A model generated the notes under the pieces. That model did no database searches. It saw nothing but the letters and a program-made list of their open reading frames with translations, and was not told the DNA's origin. The translations under genes were made by a program, and so were the position numbers. 64,000 bases of DNA. It comes from Blasia pusilla. Lineage: Eukaryota. Below, piece by piece: positions 22,801 to 36,310 of this stretch (positions are counted from its first letter, which is position 1; the number at the start of each line of letters is the position of its first letter). The stretch lies in NCBI GenBank assembly GCA_050084515.1, contig CM114271.1, forward strand, positions 14,322,001 to 14,386,000, in the 5' to 3' direction.

Positions 22801-25800
22801 GTTAGTGCAGATGGTGTCACTCCAGACATGGAGAAGGTGAAAGCGATTTTCGAGTGGGAACCGCCGTCCACCGTAAAGGGGATGAGGAAGTTCATAGGTG
22901 CGGTGCAGTTCTATCGCAATTATGTGAAGAACTTTTATGGAATTGTGAGACCTCTCACGGATTGGACAGCAAATTTTTCCAACACGACATGGACCCAAGA
23001 AGTTAATGAGGCGTTCAACCGAGTGAAGCAGATTCTATCGCAAGAACTAGTACTGAAGCTGCCGGAGTGACACAAACAATTCGAGGTGCATACTGATGCT
23101 AGTGATTTTGCAATTGCAGGAATGTTGGTGCAAGAAGGGAGACCTGTGTCATAGGAGGGCAAGAAGCTTAGCGACACTCAAAGAAGATGGCCTACTCATG
23201 AGAAAGAGTTGTTTGCGGTGGTCCATTGTTTGAGGAAGTGGCATCACTATTTGGGACTTCACAGAACTCGAGTGTTCACCGATAACATATCGCTCAAGTA
23301 TTTTAAGACCTAGGAACGAGTGACACCGAAACAACTGCGATGGCATGATACCTTGGCGTTGATGGGTGTTGAGTTGATTCACAAGCCAGGTAAAGATAAT
23401 GTGATTCCAAATGCCTTGAGTCGTAAGGAGGAATACATATCATCGACGACACAGTTCTTGAGAGCAATGTTCCCTAAAGAAACTGATTTGGAGAGAAGGA
23501 TTCGTGAAGGATACATGAGAGACGACCAAGCATTGGAGTTTTTGAGGAGGTTGAAGCAGGGTGAGAAGGTGGCCAACATAAGTTTGAGGCACGGTTTACT
23601 AAGGTTCAAGCAGAGCAGGATCTATGTGGGGCAAGGCAGGATGCGGACCAAGGTGTTAGTGGAATATCAGACGGACCCTTGGCAGGACATAATTGAGAGA
23701 AATCTACGATGGTTGTTCTGTCTAAGCGGTTCTTCTAGCCCAACATGAAAGAGGATGTTGCTCAATATGTAAAGACCTGTGTGACCTGCCAAGTGAACAG
23801 AGTTTCTTATGATAAGAGACAAAGCCTACTGCATCCCTTGCCGATTCCAGAAGGACCCTTGCAAAGTGTGAGTATGGATTTCATCACGAGTCTTCCGGAA
23901 TCTGAGGGATACAACACTATACTTGTGATTGTGGATCGGTTTAGCAAGTGGCGAGATTCGTGCCGACGGTGGATTCCGCAACGACTTATACGACTGCGCA
24001 ATTGTTCCTGGATGGATGGTGGCGGACTTACGGTTTTTCGAGGAGTATTGTTTCAGATCGAGATCCAAAGTTTACCAGTGCTTTTTGGAAGCATTTATTC
24101 AAAAGGTTTAAGACCAAGTTGAGTTTCACCACTGCCTTCCATCCACAAACGGATGGGCAGACTGAAAAGGTAAATTTGATCGTGAATCAGTACTTAAGGG
24201 ATTATGTAAGTGCGGATCAGCGAGATTGGGTCAAGTGGCTAAGCATGACAAAGTACTGCTACAACTCGACCAAGCATTCTGCAACTGGAGAATCTTCGTT
24301 TCTCCTGGCAAATGGACGAGAGCTAGAAGGGCCTCTTGACCTAGCCCTTTCGAAGGGTACTACATTGGCACGAATACGACAAGCGACGGCAAAAGGATTT
24401 TTAGTAGAGATGCGAGAACGGAAAGAGCGAGCAAGACGAAGTCTTGAAAAGGCTCAAATGAGGTACGTTAAGCATGTGAACAAGAGTTGGCGCCAAGTAC
24501 GATTCCAAGTTGGAGAGCAAGTATGGTTGAGTGTGAAGAATCTCACTCTACCAAAAGAGTTGTCTACGAAGTTTTCTGCCAAGTATGCTGGACCGTATGT
24601 GATTATGGCAAACTCGTTTTAGGACATGTAGACATTGGAGCTGCCGGATGAGTTCAAGATTCACCCAACCTTTCATGTGTCATTGTTGAAGAAATATCTT
24701 CAAGATAATGGGCGCTTCGAGCGGAGACAAGTGTTGAGACCGCAACCTGTAATCGTGGACGAAGAACCGGAGTTTGAGGTGGAGACCATCTTGAGTTTGG
24801 CCAACAAGTATGAGTACTTGGAAACAGGTTCAAGTGTTGGATGACACTCGGACTCGCCCTAGCGTCGGCGGGGCAGATGAATCTGTCTTGGGGCTTGGGG
24901 TGATCTTACTTGTGATAGCATGAGTAAACTTAGTAACGCGCATAAGTTGAATACAAGAGCGACCCAATAATAGTACGATTTGTGGACCGGGTAAACATAT
25001 GTGATGTTTACGAGAGTGAGCAAGAAGAGTCTTAGGTTGCACACTTAGTTAGCTTATTTGATAGGTTAGTTCTCCAGAACGTGTCCAAGCTTATTGAAGA
25101 GGAGATGCTAATAATTCTAAGTGGTGCAAAGCAACAACTTCAGACTTAAGAGGAATTGCGGATTAGGCACCAGAACGCAATTCGATGTCAAGGGGTAGGC
25201 TGCCTAGGAGACTTGACATAACGAAGGTTTGCGTTGATGAGGGCATCAACCTCTAAAAAGGGGTGAGTGTCGCGACCCTCATGACCAAACGAGTGCCAAA
25301 GCGGAACATCGGAACACTAGCGGGCTCATGCTAAGATGGTTTGCTCGTTGGAGTGGTCTCGGAGAAGAGACAGGAGACGAGATGCAAGCGAGGCTTCGTG
25401 GTTCATATGTTGTTGTCGCGACTGAGAAACCAGGACCAAATGCGGATCAAGACTTGAGAAGAGTCAAGTCTAGGAAGTGGGTTGCCAAAGGAAGGAATCC
25501 GGATTTGGGACGCCACTAGCGTTTGAGAGTTTTCGATTGTATTTATGGCCATAACTTTTAGCGCCAATATGCGTTTGGGACGAGTAAGGATGCGTTGGAA
25601 AGCCTATGGAAAGCCTACAGACGCACTAAATTTCTCTGAAAATGCACAAGTAGCAGCTGAGAAACAACCCAAAAACGACTGTAAGTAGAGTCGGTTTGAG
25701 GGCCACAATGAAGGGCTCGACCATCCTTTTCCAAAGGTAGGGGGTGTTTGGAGATCCTCAGAAGTAATAGTAAGGGGGAAGGTCTCCAAGGGTGTTTGGG

Positions 25801-26269
25801 ACTCGAACCCCACTTTGGGCGCCACAGGGCGGCTCAAGGGCATGGAACGGATCGGGAGTTTGGAGTTGGGCTTGAAAACCTGAACCAAGTCCATTGAGGT
25901 GATTTTTAGAGATCCCTCTTGGATTCCCACCCGCGACTCAATTACTTGGGTCCCGATTAGGAACTCGCACGAGGTCCGTTGGACAGTTGGAACCGCTAGG
26001 CGCGCAGGTGCCATTTTAGGTTCCCGGACTAACCAAAAAGTGTGTTCCAAGTCTTGAAGGACTTGCCATGTCGGGAACCTAGGACGTAAGGAAGGTTGAG
26101 CTTGATGAGATGCCGAATTGAGAACTCGGTGGGTTGGAAGGCCGTGTGACCCAAAGCCAGACTAATGTGAGTGCGTTTCGGATGCAGGTCGGCGATGAGA
26201 GCGTGTCCTACTGAACGTACGCTTCCGCAATACTAGAGATTGACGTTCAAGGAAAATAGGCGCATGACA
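19898..26269 (+). mobile_element. Ty3/gypsy chromovirus-type LTR retrotransposon, inactivated
   Basis: Truncated 5' LTR 19898-20265; PBS TGGTATCAGAGC (tRNA-iMet) 20268-20279; PPT AAAAAGGGGTGAG ending 25267; full 3' LTR 25268-26269 (TGTCG...TGACA). Confidence 0.96.
20481..24844 (+). pseudogene. Gypsy gag-pol polyprotein (gag, Zn knuckle, protease, RT, RNase H, integrase, partial chromodomain)
   Basis: [96 protein letters not shown]. Interrupted by stops (21814, 23068, 23152, 23311) and frameshifts. Confidence 0.95.
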
Positions 26270-28873
26270 ATATGGCTATTTCCTTGACATCGATTGGTAC
26301 TTGCTTCAATAAATTCCCTATTATAACCGTGATCTGAGATTTTTGGTCCGAGGTAATTTTTTTCAAATAGTTCCCAATACAAGCCTATGATAGAAAAGAG
26401 TCATTCTGAAACTTATGGCGGATGGTGGCAATAAGGATATATGTTGCTATCTCATCCATATCCTGCCATGTGATTATGACAAGTAGACTATGATGGCACA
26501 TCTTACAAACCTCATCCCAAAAAATTTAGTGGACATTTGATCCATCGAGATAGCCTTCATAATTGCAAGTTATCATGGGTCACATCAAAGTTGCCCTCAA
26601 TCAAGGGACATTTGCGTGAGCCATTCTACCCACTTTAGCCAAATCCCTTTATGTGTGGGGCTAATGCCACACTCCATATGACCTAGCATATGGGCCAAGT
26701 ACTAGTCCACTTTCACCACCAGCTAAATTGGTTCAACAATACTATGAGCCATCACGTCGACTACCTCTCAAATGTACTGATGGAATTGCGCCTTTATCCA
26801 CATATAAAACCACTAAATCAAATTCCCAATGAATGATCCTCCCAAGCTAGTCCCCCTCCTTAGAATCCACAAAAAGGCCAATCATCTTATCCTAGATGGT
26901 CACCTGCGCACATAGGTTACTCTACATGTCACTATATAAATTAAATGAGTTCTCTTGAGTATATGTCAACAAGATTTCTCACAATCCTCTTATTAGCTTG
27001 TGTAATCCTAGATGGCACATCCTTCTATATGTTGAAAAGTATTAATGCTTCGTTTAATCATACACTTGTAGCATTTTCTTGAAGAAATATTATAATTTTT
27101 GGTTTCTAGCTCATCCTAAGGATCTGATGATTGAACATACCTCGTCTCTTAGTTAAGTCTTGGCATTTCTTTCAAGCACAATTGATCCGTAAACATGCAT
27201 CAAATGTTGATGCTTTCCATCTTACAAAAAAATTATAAGTTTATTGAATATGGTCTCGATGGAGAATCCATTAGGAAAAAGTGTGATTCTTACAAAGAAT
27301 GCTTTGAGTAGAGCTATGGTAAGTTGAGGAAGAGTTACCAAACACCAAGTATATTCCATTATAAGAGAAATTTAGGAAGATACTTATATATACTATTTGA
27401 GTCCTTCATTTATGTTACCATTTTATAGCATGCTAATTTTATATTTGTTAACTCCTAAGAAATCTAGAAAATTGTATGAATACCAACTTGAAGTGCTTTT
27501 TTTTCATCGTTGAATTATTTTTGTTCGAAAAAAGAAGTTGGGTATACTATGGTATCCATGATTCCTTCTATAGATTTCTTCCTAGCTACTTTTGACATGA
27601 AAATTTTCACTCTCCACTTTTCAATTCTCAAAAATTTCCTATTTTATTAAAAAAAAACCTTCATCCATCACATCTACACGCGCAATTTCCCTTCTGCAAT
27701 TCAAAGAGAGAAAAATTTCCTAACGCCAATATTCTTGCTCAATTGACACTCCTCATTATATCATATTTCTCATTTATGTCGAAAAGTAGTACTATTTCCC
27801 ACCAAGACCAATTTTTTTGTTTAATTTGATGGATGCGCGTGTATGAAATAAAGATTCTTATGTAAAATGTAGCTTTTAATATTTAAAAGTACTAATTTTA
27901 TAATAAGATATCATTAATTAAGGAGATGCTATTTTATCCTCTTTGCCAAAAACTTTAACACAAGCATGAATTTTATATTCATACAATTATTGTTATCACT
28001 ACATGCATAGTAAGAAAAAAAATAACAAAGGTACTTTTTTTTTCCCTTCCCTGCCATTTACTAATTCGAATTTGATATTTTGGAGAGGCGGAATGAATTG
28101 AAATATTGGGAGAGGGGAAGTGATATAATAAATCAAGTGGACGTTATAAGTTGGGAAGGGATGAAGTTATTGGGGAAAGAGACTGCAAGATTATTTCTAA
28201 AAGTCTTTTACAAAAAATAACCCTTATTTGCACAACACGAGCATAACTAGTATAAGAAAATATCATTGAATTTCAAGTAAAATAATAGTCATAAAGTACG
28301 TATGGGATTATTTCCAAATCTAAAAATCCAGACTAGTCCATAATGCCCCGTTGTATGAAATGCATTCAGCCACCTCTTTCTTTTTAATAGGACTATTTTG
28401 TGGTATTCGAGTTTGGAAAAAATTAGATGGAAGCATACATGATAATTTTTCCAGAAAATATTAAGGATAATTATGAGGCCTAGGAAAAAAAATTCTTCCA
28501 CAAAAAGAGAAATGGTGAAATCCAAAAATACAACGGGAACATGAAATAACAACAATGGAAAGCGAATAGAAAAGAAGCTTCCTTGATCCAAAATTTTCTT
28601 CCCTCCTCTTTTGAATATCTAGGAATCCATTGGATGAACATCTTCATAATCCCAAGAGTGAAAATTGAATCGAAGTAAATTATGGGATTCCATTCTCTTC
28701 CAGCAATGCACAAACCTGATCACTTAGAGTTATTTTTTAAGTGTACACCTATCATAGAGTCACTAGTTATATAATTTACATAATCAACATATGTTTGGTT
28801 GGGAGCCATAATCATCTCTAAACTATTCCAAAGCCAAGAAATATTGAGGGTAATGTTTGAACTTCCTCATCTA

Positions 28874-29482
28874 TAAGGTTGCATATGGACAAAGTCCATG
28901 TCCGTGGACTTATGTCCGTCTTGTGGAAGGACTCCTCCATATAGGTCCCATCTCCCCCATGTCTTGTCCTCCCCACTCGCCTATGTGTTATATGATTACT
29001 TGTTGCCTCCTCCTTCCACCTCCACTTCCTTCTCTCTTCTACCTTACCTCCCCCCATCCTACCTCCCACCACGAACAATCAGTGTGGACACCCATCTCTT
29101 GCAGTCCATGTCCGTGGACATATCCTAATTGGTCCATCTACGTCGATCTCGAAACACATAAATATCTGATTGTATACATTTATCGCTTGTGGGGGCATCT
29201 TGAATACAAATAGCCTAGTAGCCCTACGGAGGAATCGAAAGATGACACATGAGGATTTGAACCCAACTCATCGTGCCCGCACTCAATGATCAACCTCTCT
29301 AGCCTACCATTGATTTTTGATGTTGAACAGAGGAATTTTGATATTTAGTTATGAAAATGTTTTTTTTTGCGTGCGTGGATCTTGTTGCCTGTTCAAGCGA
29401 GCCCTACAGGCAATAAATGCCTCTAGTTGGATGTTTATGTGTCCATCTTAGGGACGGACTTGTCTATTTTTGTGCAACCATG
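28874..29482. mobile_element. hAT-type MITE (~610 bp), same terminal family
   Basis: TAAGGTTGCATATGGACAAAGTCC ... GGACTTGTCTATTTTTGTGCAACCATG. Flanks resemble each other (TTCCTCATCT / TTCCTCCATCT) but are not a clean 8-bp TSD. Confidence 0.65.
29240..29312 (-). other. Degenerate tRNA-like / SINE-head sequence
   Basis: Minus strand has an A-box-like TAGGCTAGAGAGG and a B-box GGTTCAAATCC at tRNA-like spacing; the cloverleaf does not close well. Confidence 0.35.
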
Positions 29483-30472
29483 TTCCTCCATCTGACTCAA
29501 CTCCAGAAATTCCCTTACAATATGAGATCCAACATCCACAATTGGTGGATATGTTCAGCCCACTCGAGGATATGATCAATGTACACCTATTACCAATCTA
29601 ATCCTAATCTAGGTACCATATTAGATCAAGGATCACCAGTCCCATGTCAAAGAATAGTAATTAGATTATTATGAATCCACTCCTTGATTAGGGATAATAT
29701 GAGTGACTTGATCACTTTGGTTACCATCCACCCTAGTAGGTCATTCTTGACATATACGGATGAATGCTCAACTCTCATGTAGATATTCTTTGTTTAAATA
29801 TAGTTCAAGTTACAATGGAAAAAATTAGCAATATTGGTATGCCTAAAGGGTTATCAACAATTAATACTTCCTACAATTTATATACTTTCAAGAGGAAAAA
29901 AAAAAACTTCAAAATTTCACAATGATTTTACTTGTTAGAAAGGGAGTAGGGATGGAAGGTTGGAGGTTCTTTGTTCCTTTCAAAATGGAAAGATGGAGAT
30001 GGGGTCCTCAAATGAAGAGGTGGAAAATAGGACTTAGAAACAGCAAGGTGATTTTTAAAAAAGGTTGGAATTTTTTAATACGTTATGCATTCTATATACA
30101 TGCGGACCAATTATATAAAAAGCAGCAAATAAATCAATTTGAGATCAAATTGCTTTTCTTTGAAACCATTCTTTCCGCGCCGTCTAACTTTCCCTTCTAA
30201 GGAAATTGTATTCCTAACAATCTATGTTATCATTGTATATCCCCTTTTTATTTCCACGCACCTCTCCTCTTGACAATTGTCCCTTCCAACCATAAGATGA
30301 CTCGCCCTCTCAACCGAAAAGAGCAATTGATTTAAAAATTGATTTAAAAAATAAAATCACTCAATTCCTCATAACATTGATAGGCATTTCAAAATTACCA
30401 CTCATTTTTTAACATGACTCGTAAATGAGGACACATAAGGTGAAGTGTGAACGATCCACCGACTAGGATTAC

Positions 30473-30726
30473 CTCATAGAGAAGGAGAGCAAACTCACCT
30501 CAGAGCTCCTACTGCAGTCACCATGTGAACTATGTGGGCTCATAGAGAAGGAGAGCAAACTCACCTCAGAGCTCCATCTGCAGTCACCGTGTGAACTATG
30601 TGGGCTCATAGAGAAGGAGAGCAAACTCACCTCAGAGCTCCTATTGCAGTCACCATGTGAACTATGTGGGCTCATAGAGAAGGAGAGCAAACTCACCTCA
30701 GAGCTCCAACTGCAGTCACCATGTGA
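30473..30726. repeat. Tandem repeat, 66-bp unit x ~3.8
   Basis: CTCATAGAGAAGGAGAGCAAACTCACCTCAGAGCTCCnnnTGCAGTCACCrTGTGAACTATGTGGG starting at 30473, 30539, 30605, 30671. Confidence 0.97.
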
Positions 30727-32268
30727 TCCCGACAACCTCATCTTCCGGCATGCTAACTTCGCGAAGCAGGAAATGAAACTCACACAGAGTGCTGAGTGCG
30801 GGTTGCACTGCGATTTCGACCTTTACTTAATTCCTCGCGGGAGGCCAAACCGTAAAGATCGACCGATTTGCGCACTGAGTCGTCGAGTCCAGGATCTTGG
30901 AGTGGTGTTGCGAAGGTGATCTGATGATTTCGCCGCGTTCACGTTTGTTCGGAGGAGAGAGTTGGGACAAGATGTCGAATCTGGAGGACCGCCGTAAATT
31001 GGGGAGCGTCCGGGTGTCGGAGAGAGTGCGAGAGGAGCTGTGAAGTCCGTAAGGTTGTTTTAGATACTTCCGCTCTAAGAAGAAACTTCGTACTTTTCAC
31101 GTTGCGTCTTCAACGTTCGGAGGTTTTTAATAGAGCGACGACGGGCTGTGAAATCCGCGCTTCATTGTGATTCCGTCAGCTTCAGGTTTTGAGAGGGCAT
31201 GCCGTACAGTTTCAGAAAGTTCTACGTATTCCGTGACTAGCACGTTTCGGAATCACGGAGCAAGCTATGATATCGTCAGCTGTGCATCTCTCGACAATTC
31301 ACATTGCGATCTCCACGTGAAAAAGCTCAGGCCCGTCCAAAACCTGTCTAATTCTTCCAGCCTGTGTCTCCGTGGGGTGGCATGTGTTTTGGCGCCGGCC
31401 GTCGTGATCTGGAGGAAATGAATTATGGCCTCCTCTTGCGATGGACCCAGTGAACCCTGTGCTGACGTTACATAAAGCACTGCTACTGTGTGAATCACTG
31501 CTCACGCGATCCAATCCACCAGCCAGCCGTAGAACCAGCGCCATGACAATGGAGATGAGGGGGGAATCCTCCAATGGCGAGGTAATAGTGTAGCTGCAGA
31601 GTGGGCAGGATGTGGCCAGATTTTGGGTGTCGAGGGTCACAAAGCTCATCTTAACCTTCTGCCTTTCCTCCATTCCATCAACGGTCAGAGTTGTGTGCCC
31701 CTCGATGACAGGTATCGTTCCTCTTGATGGCGGAAACCCCGCCGGTCCTTCCTGAATTAGAAATGTCTATCATCGCAATTGTGTCCTTGCGAAAACTGGG
31801 GCTTGTGGAGCGGAGAGGAGTACAAGTGCAGCCGCATGACAATTCTCGAGGGCTCCAACTCCTGTTCCCAGCTATCATAAAGTCTTGGGTGCGCCTTGAC
31901 AAGCTACCTCTCAACCAATCAAAGCGGATAACTACGCCAACCCGAATCAAATTTATGCCAAGCCATACCGCTGCAACTTTACCACGAAACTCTCAACCCT
32001 ATCACATTGGAAATCCGAACAGTGTGTTGACACCCTGAATGCACGGGCGTTGATCTGGCCAGGGAGAAAGCACTGACTTAAGGGTTTCATATGAGCTCTG
32101 ACTCTCACCAGTCACCAGGGGAAAACTCCTCAGAGCTGCATATGGATTGACATGAATTCACTATCATACCCGCTGTGGGCTTGGTGGAAGGGCTTCAGAA
32201 ATCTAAATCAACTACATTGTAGATTCCTCAGTTGCATTTTGCAAAAATTGTTACAACGTAGATTACTT

Positions 32269-35200
32269 CTACACGTCATCCTGCCGAGTAGCTGTCTCGC
32301 TGTCCCTGTCTGATCCAAGTTTCTCATCTCCTGCATTTCCTGAACTCTTAAGTGTAATACCTGCAGTTGCTTCAGGACTCTCTTTGGCTATTGCTACAGC
32401 CGGAGGAGGGCTTCTCATGCGAGGATTTGGACCATCCGCATCTTGTACATTGGCTTTAGGAGGATCTGGGGGCTGGACTTCCACTTCTGGATAAGCTGAT
32501 TTGAAACGAGCTCGCAGCTCCTCATCTACGAGACGTACACCATTCAGCTGATTGCCCAGAGAAATCCATCTGCAACCCAACACCACAACCGATGAACAAA
32601 GAACAGACTTAAAAGCTGTTCGATACGTACATGCGTTTTGAAATCTACCTACACCTCTGGGGTATGGTCCCTGTTTTACTTTACTCTACGATGGACATGG
32701 ACAAACCTCCAACCTTAGTAAACTGAGAACATCTCCCGCATTGACCATACCATCTGTAACTTGGGATCCACAAAAGACTAGCAAATTCCAAAGTACTAAA
32801 TCTGCACCAGGCTCCTGCATGTAGCTCTGCTGGTAAATCTGCTGATGTTGTGGGGAGAGTCAAGCAGATTAATCTACTCAGTCAAAATGAAATAGAAAAA
32901 GTTTTTCGTGAGTACCCAGCATGTGTGTTGTGCATGCGTGCAAAGAGCTCCAACTTTCGAGTTCGTGGACTGATTCTCTCCAGCAAAGGATACATCTGCC
33001 CAAATTTCAAGTCAGAATTTCCAGCAACCCTGGACCATTGCAAAGATTGATCACTTTTCTGGCATTTCCCTAATCCTGTGCTTTAGGTGGAAATGTTTGC
33101 GGTAGCGGTAGCACAACTATTCCTTAATCATCTTTCACACCTATCAATTATCAAGAATTCTGATGAGAGCAGCATGCACAGCTGACTAAGACAAAGAGCT
33201 GAATCATACCTCATCTGGTTTGCGACTAGTTTCCCGTACTTCCGCAACAATTACATCTGTATCAATATTGCGATTCAATTCAGGACTCCCTTTTATTCCT
33301 ACAAGGCAGTGCTCTTTGCTATGATTCAGCCAATGACCCGTTCTACCAGTCCTTATGATGCGCTGCAGTTGATTGGTCTTCACCCAAATCATTTCTTCAA
33401 CCCTCCGATAACCCCAGAGCTCTAAACTGCAATACCCGGAACAGATAAGTAAGCTTGCTTGGCTTCAATATACAGTTCGTGAGAGCCAAGCCAAATATCC
33501 GCAGGAGATGGAGAAAACTCAAAGTCACCAGATATCCTTCAGTATATTGTGACTCCAAAGTTAACGACAAGGGCCCTACAATATCATCCAGCTTCCAAAA
33601 AAAGTGTAAAGACCCCCCAAAGCCACTGTAAAGAGAAATAGGAATTGGATGAAATTCAATATTGACTACTTTCTCTCTGAGAACATCAAGAATTTTGTGC
33701 AATCTACGGAACAGCTGTAAATCACCTAACACTATTGTCCAACATACCATTCACGTCCAAGCTCCATGGCACGACCAGTGACCCAGAGGAAAATTAGCCC
33801 ATCTGTCTGCAAAGCTGGCACATTCAAGTTGCGCATCTCATCATCTGCCATGGTCCCATACGGCAGCTCCATATGGATATCCCACGGAGGGTCTGCCATG
33901 ATGACCCCAAACTGACCTAATACATCCATTTTGAATGTCCTTATATCACAATTTATCCATTGGGGCTCCCCAAGCTCTGCATCCGAACAGTATTCTGCTC
34001 GTCTAGGCCTCAATGGAGGTCTTTGAGGAGGAGGTAGTCCAGGTATCCCAGCCATCATACCCCGTACATCTTGAGTTGGGTCCAATTCATAATGGACATA
34101 TTTACAAGTCTACAAACCATCAAAGCAAACGGCTATATCATAAACAGGCTCCAGGATCAACACAGTCAACTCAACACGTACAGCATAAAGCTGAATAGTG
34201 TATGTAATATTTTCAGTGGCCCCAAACTACTAACCTACTCATGGGCATTCGGTTAAGACTTCACCCACATCAAGAACAAGTGCAAAAGAATAGGTGAAGA
34301 TGCTTTCTCATGTGCACAGAAGTTTGCTAGAGGGAAGAAACAAAGACTTCTTGTACCTTCATGTGACGGCAAGTATCAAGAAATGAGCAGTCCCCAAGAT
34401 TGCTGTCGGTGTGGGGCGCAATGATTCGTCGAAAGTGTACCTGGGATAAGTGCCTGTGGTCAGAAAATTTTCTGAGGCATATGTCATTGGACACAGATGA
34501 AAATATCAAGGACCAACAGTACAGCAACACTGAAAGAGAGACCCATATGACCTGATTGAACTTTGTTACAGAAAGACAACAGAAGCACGCACAAACATCA
34601 CAAGGATATCCTCCATTCCACAAGCCAGAGAGCCCAGACAGTTGAATAAGAAGCAAACGAGAACTGTAAAGACTTTCCCACACTGAGGACACATAAATGG
34701 ATGCAGAAGTCCACAAAAAGGGTAACCAGCAACTACACAGGTACATGATTAAAAGTGTATCCACAACCAACAGGAGTAGTGCTGAGTAAAAACCTTCTCA
34801 CAAGCCATGAATGAAGCCCTCTGACGCCGACAATCTTCCTTTGTAAGAGCTGGACAGTACTCCTTCAGTGCTGAGCCCCCTTTCGTTTTGAACTGCACAG
34901 CATGAATGTCGCATATGAGTTTTATCACTCTCGACTACACTGGAGAGAATCACCAAGATCTCCCAGCTGGACCATTGCTGGAAAAAATATTGAAAAGAAG
35001 CCAAAGCTAACCTTTGCTGCAACAGCAGTTTCTTTGGCTGTTGGTCTGTGAAGCAGCTCTAAAAGCTCCTCCCCTGTCTTTGACTGCTGCAGCTCTCTGA
35101 ATGACTTCTTATTTAATAAGGCCTCCAAATCTTTCATCTCATCCTCCTCTCCCATCCGCTTCCCACCTACCCCAGGTGGTCCAGGTCCTAATCCTGGTCC

Positions 35201-36310
35201 CAAAGGAGGCCTCTGAAAAGGGGGCATTCCTCCAAAACCCATTTGCATCCCAGGCCCTGGCATTCCCATCATGCCTTGCATACCTCGTGGCCCACCTCTC
35301 TGTACCATTGATGGAGGCAGACCACCACCAGGAAACATGGGTGGCCCTGGTCCAGGCAAAGGGGGTACTTGGAGATGAGGGTCGCTGCCACCACCCCACA
35401 TATCTGGCCTTGGAGGCCCAGGTCCCAGATTCATAGGGACAGGACCACCATTGCCTTCCAAATTTCCTCCTGGACCCATCACCATCCCCATCATATCTAG
35501 GGGCCCATCACCTTGCATACGATATGAGGGTGGTGCCAGGACTTCTTTCGACAATCTATTCCTATCAATTCCAAGGACCATCAAGCGTGTCTTGCCACTC
35601 ACTGCAAATTCTTCTATATCAACACTCCCGTTTTGACCATCACTCAAGGCCTTGAGAGCAATCTCTACAGCCTTCACTCCACCTCCCTCTGCCCCAAGTT
35701 CTCCTAATGCATCTCTCTCAGCGCCTGTTGGTTCTTTTGACAGTCTTCTATGAAGACCAGCCGAATCTATGGGTATAGAAGTGGTAGGAGCCAGTAAACA
35801 AGAAGCAACCATTCCCTTCACAAAGGTAAGGGCTTCCATCCTACCCCCTTCTTTCTCTGCCCAAGTTTCTGAGCCCCAATTCCGTGATTCTCCAGAATCA
35901 CCACCCCAGTTCTCACCTCTTCGACCAAATCGATTCTCATTCTCCCCATTTACTTTTGATAAGAGCTCCCGACCAGGAAACCTGTTTTCAGATCCGTTTG
36001 TGACACCACCCATCCCACCGTGACCGCTTCTCAATCCACCTCCAGCCACCCTGCTTACATAATCTACTCCTTTTGAATCTGCCCGGGGTATGCTTGCTCG
36101 CTCCCGTTTTTTCATAGTCATCCCTCCAAAGGATGTAGCAACCTTCAATGATAACTCAAGCGATGTAACAAGGTCTGGTACAATTGAGTTGAGACTCGTC
36201 ATCAAATCCTCACAGGACTGGCGTTGGTTCTCTATGCTCTCACGAAGCTGTCTCCTCTGCTCTCTGAGAAGCATGATTTCCTCATTTTCCTCTTCATCTT
36301 GTCCCTCCAT
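32269..36310 (-). CDS. MTA: N6-adenosine mRNA methyltransferase MT-A70 (METTL3 ortholog)
   Basis: Exons (minus): 36310-35012, 34892-34794, 34440-34357, 34109-33748, 33426-33210, 32995-32916, 32569-32269; GT-AG and in frame. CCCH fingers ([10 protein letters not shown]...[22 protein letters not shown]), catalytic [54 protein letters not shown]-rich low-complexity linker. Confidence 0.97.

Noticed and set aside
26270-28251. Degraded TE-like sequence and a Helitron-like CTAG end at ~28250 (similar end at ~50654)
   Set aside because: Too decayed to assign; hairpins and partner termini are unconvincing.
30473-30726. CRISPR-like array
   Set aside because: Contiguous tandem units with no unique spacers, in eukaryotic DNA with no cas genes.
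35150-35500. Gly/Pro/Met-rich region of MTA as a novelty
   Set aside because: A similar low-complexity linker before the EED.KD.EALL.KKSF motif is a known feature of plant MTA proteins.
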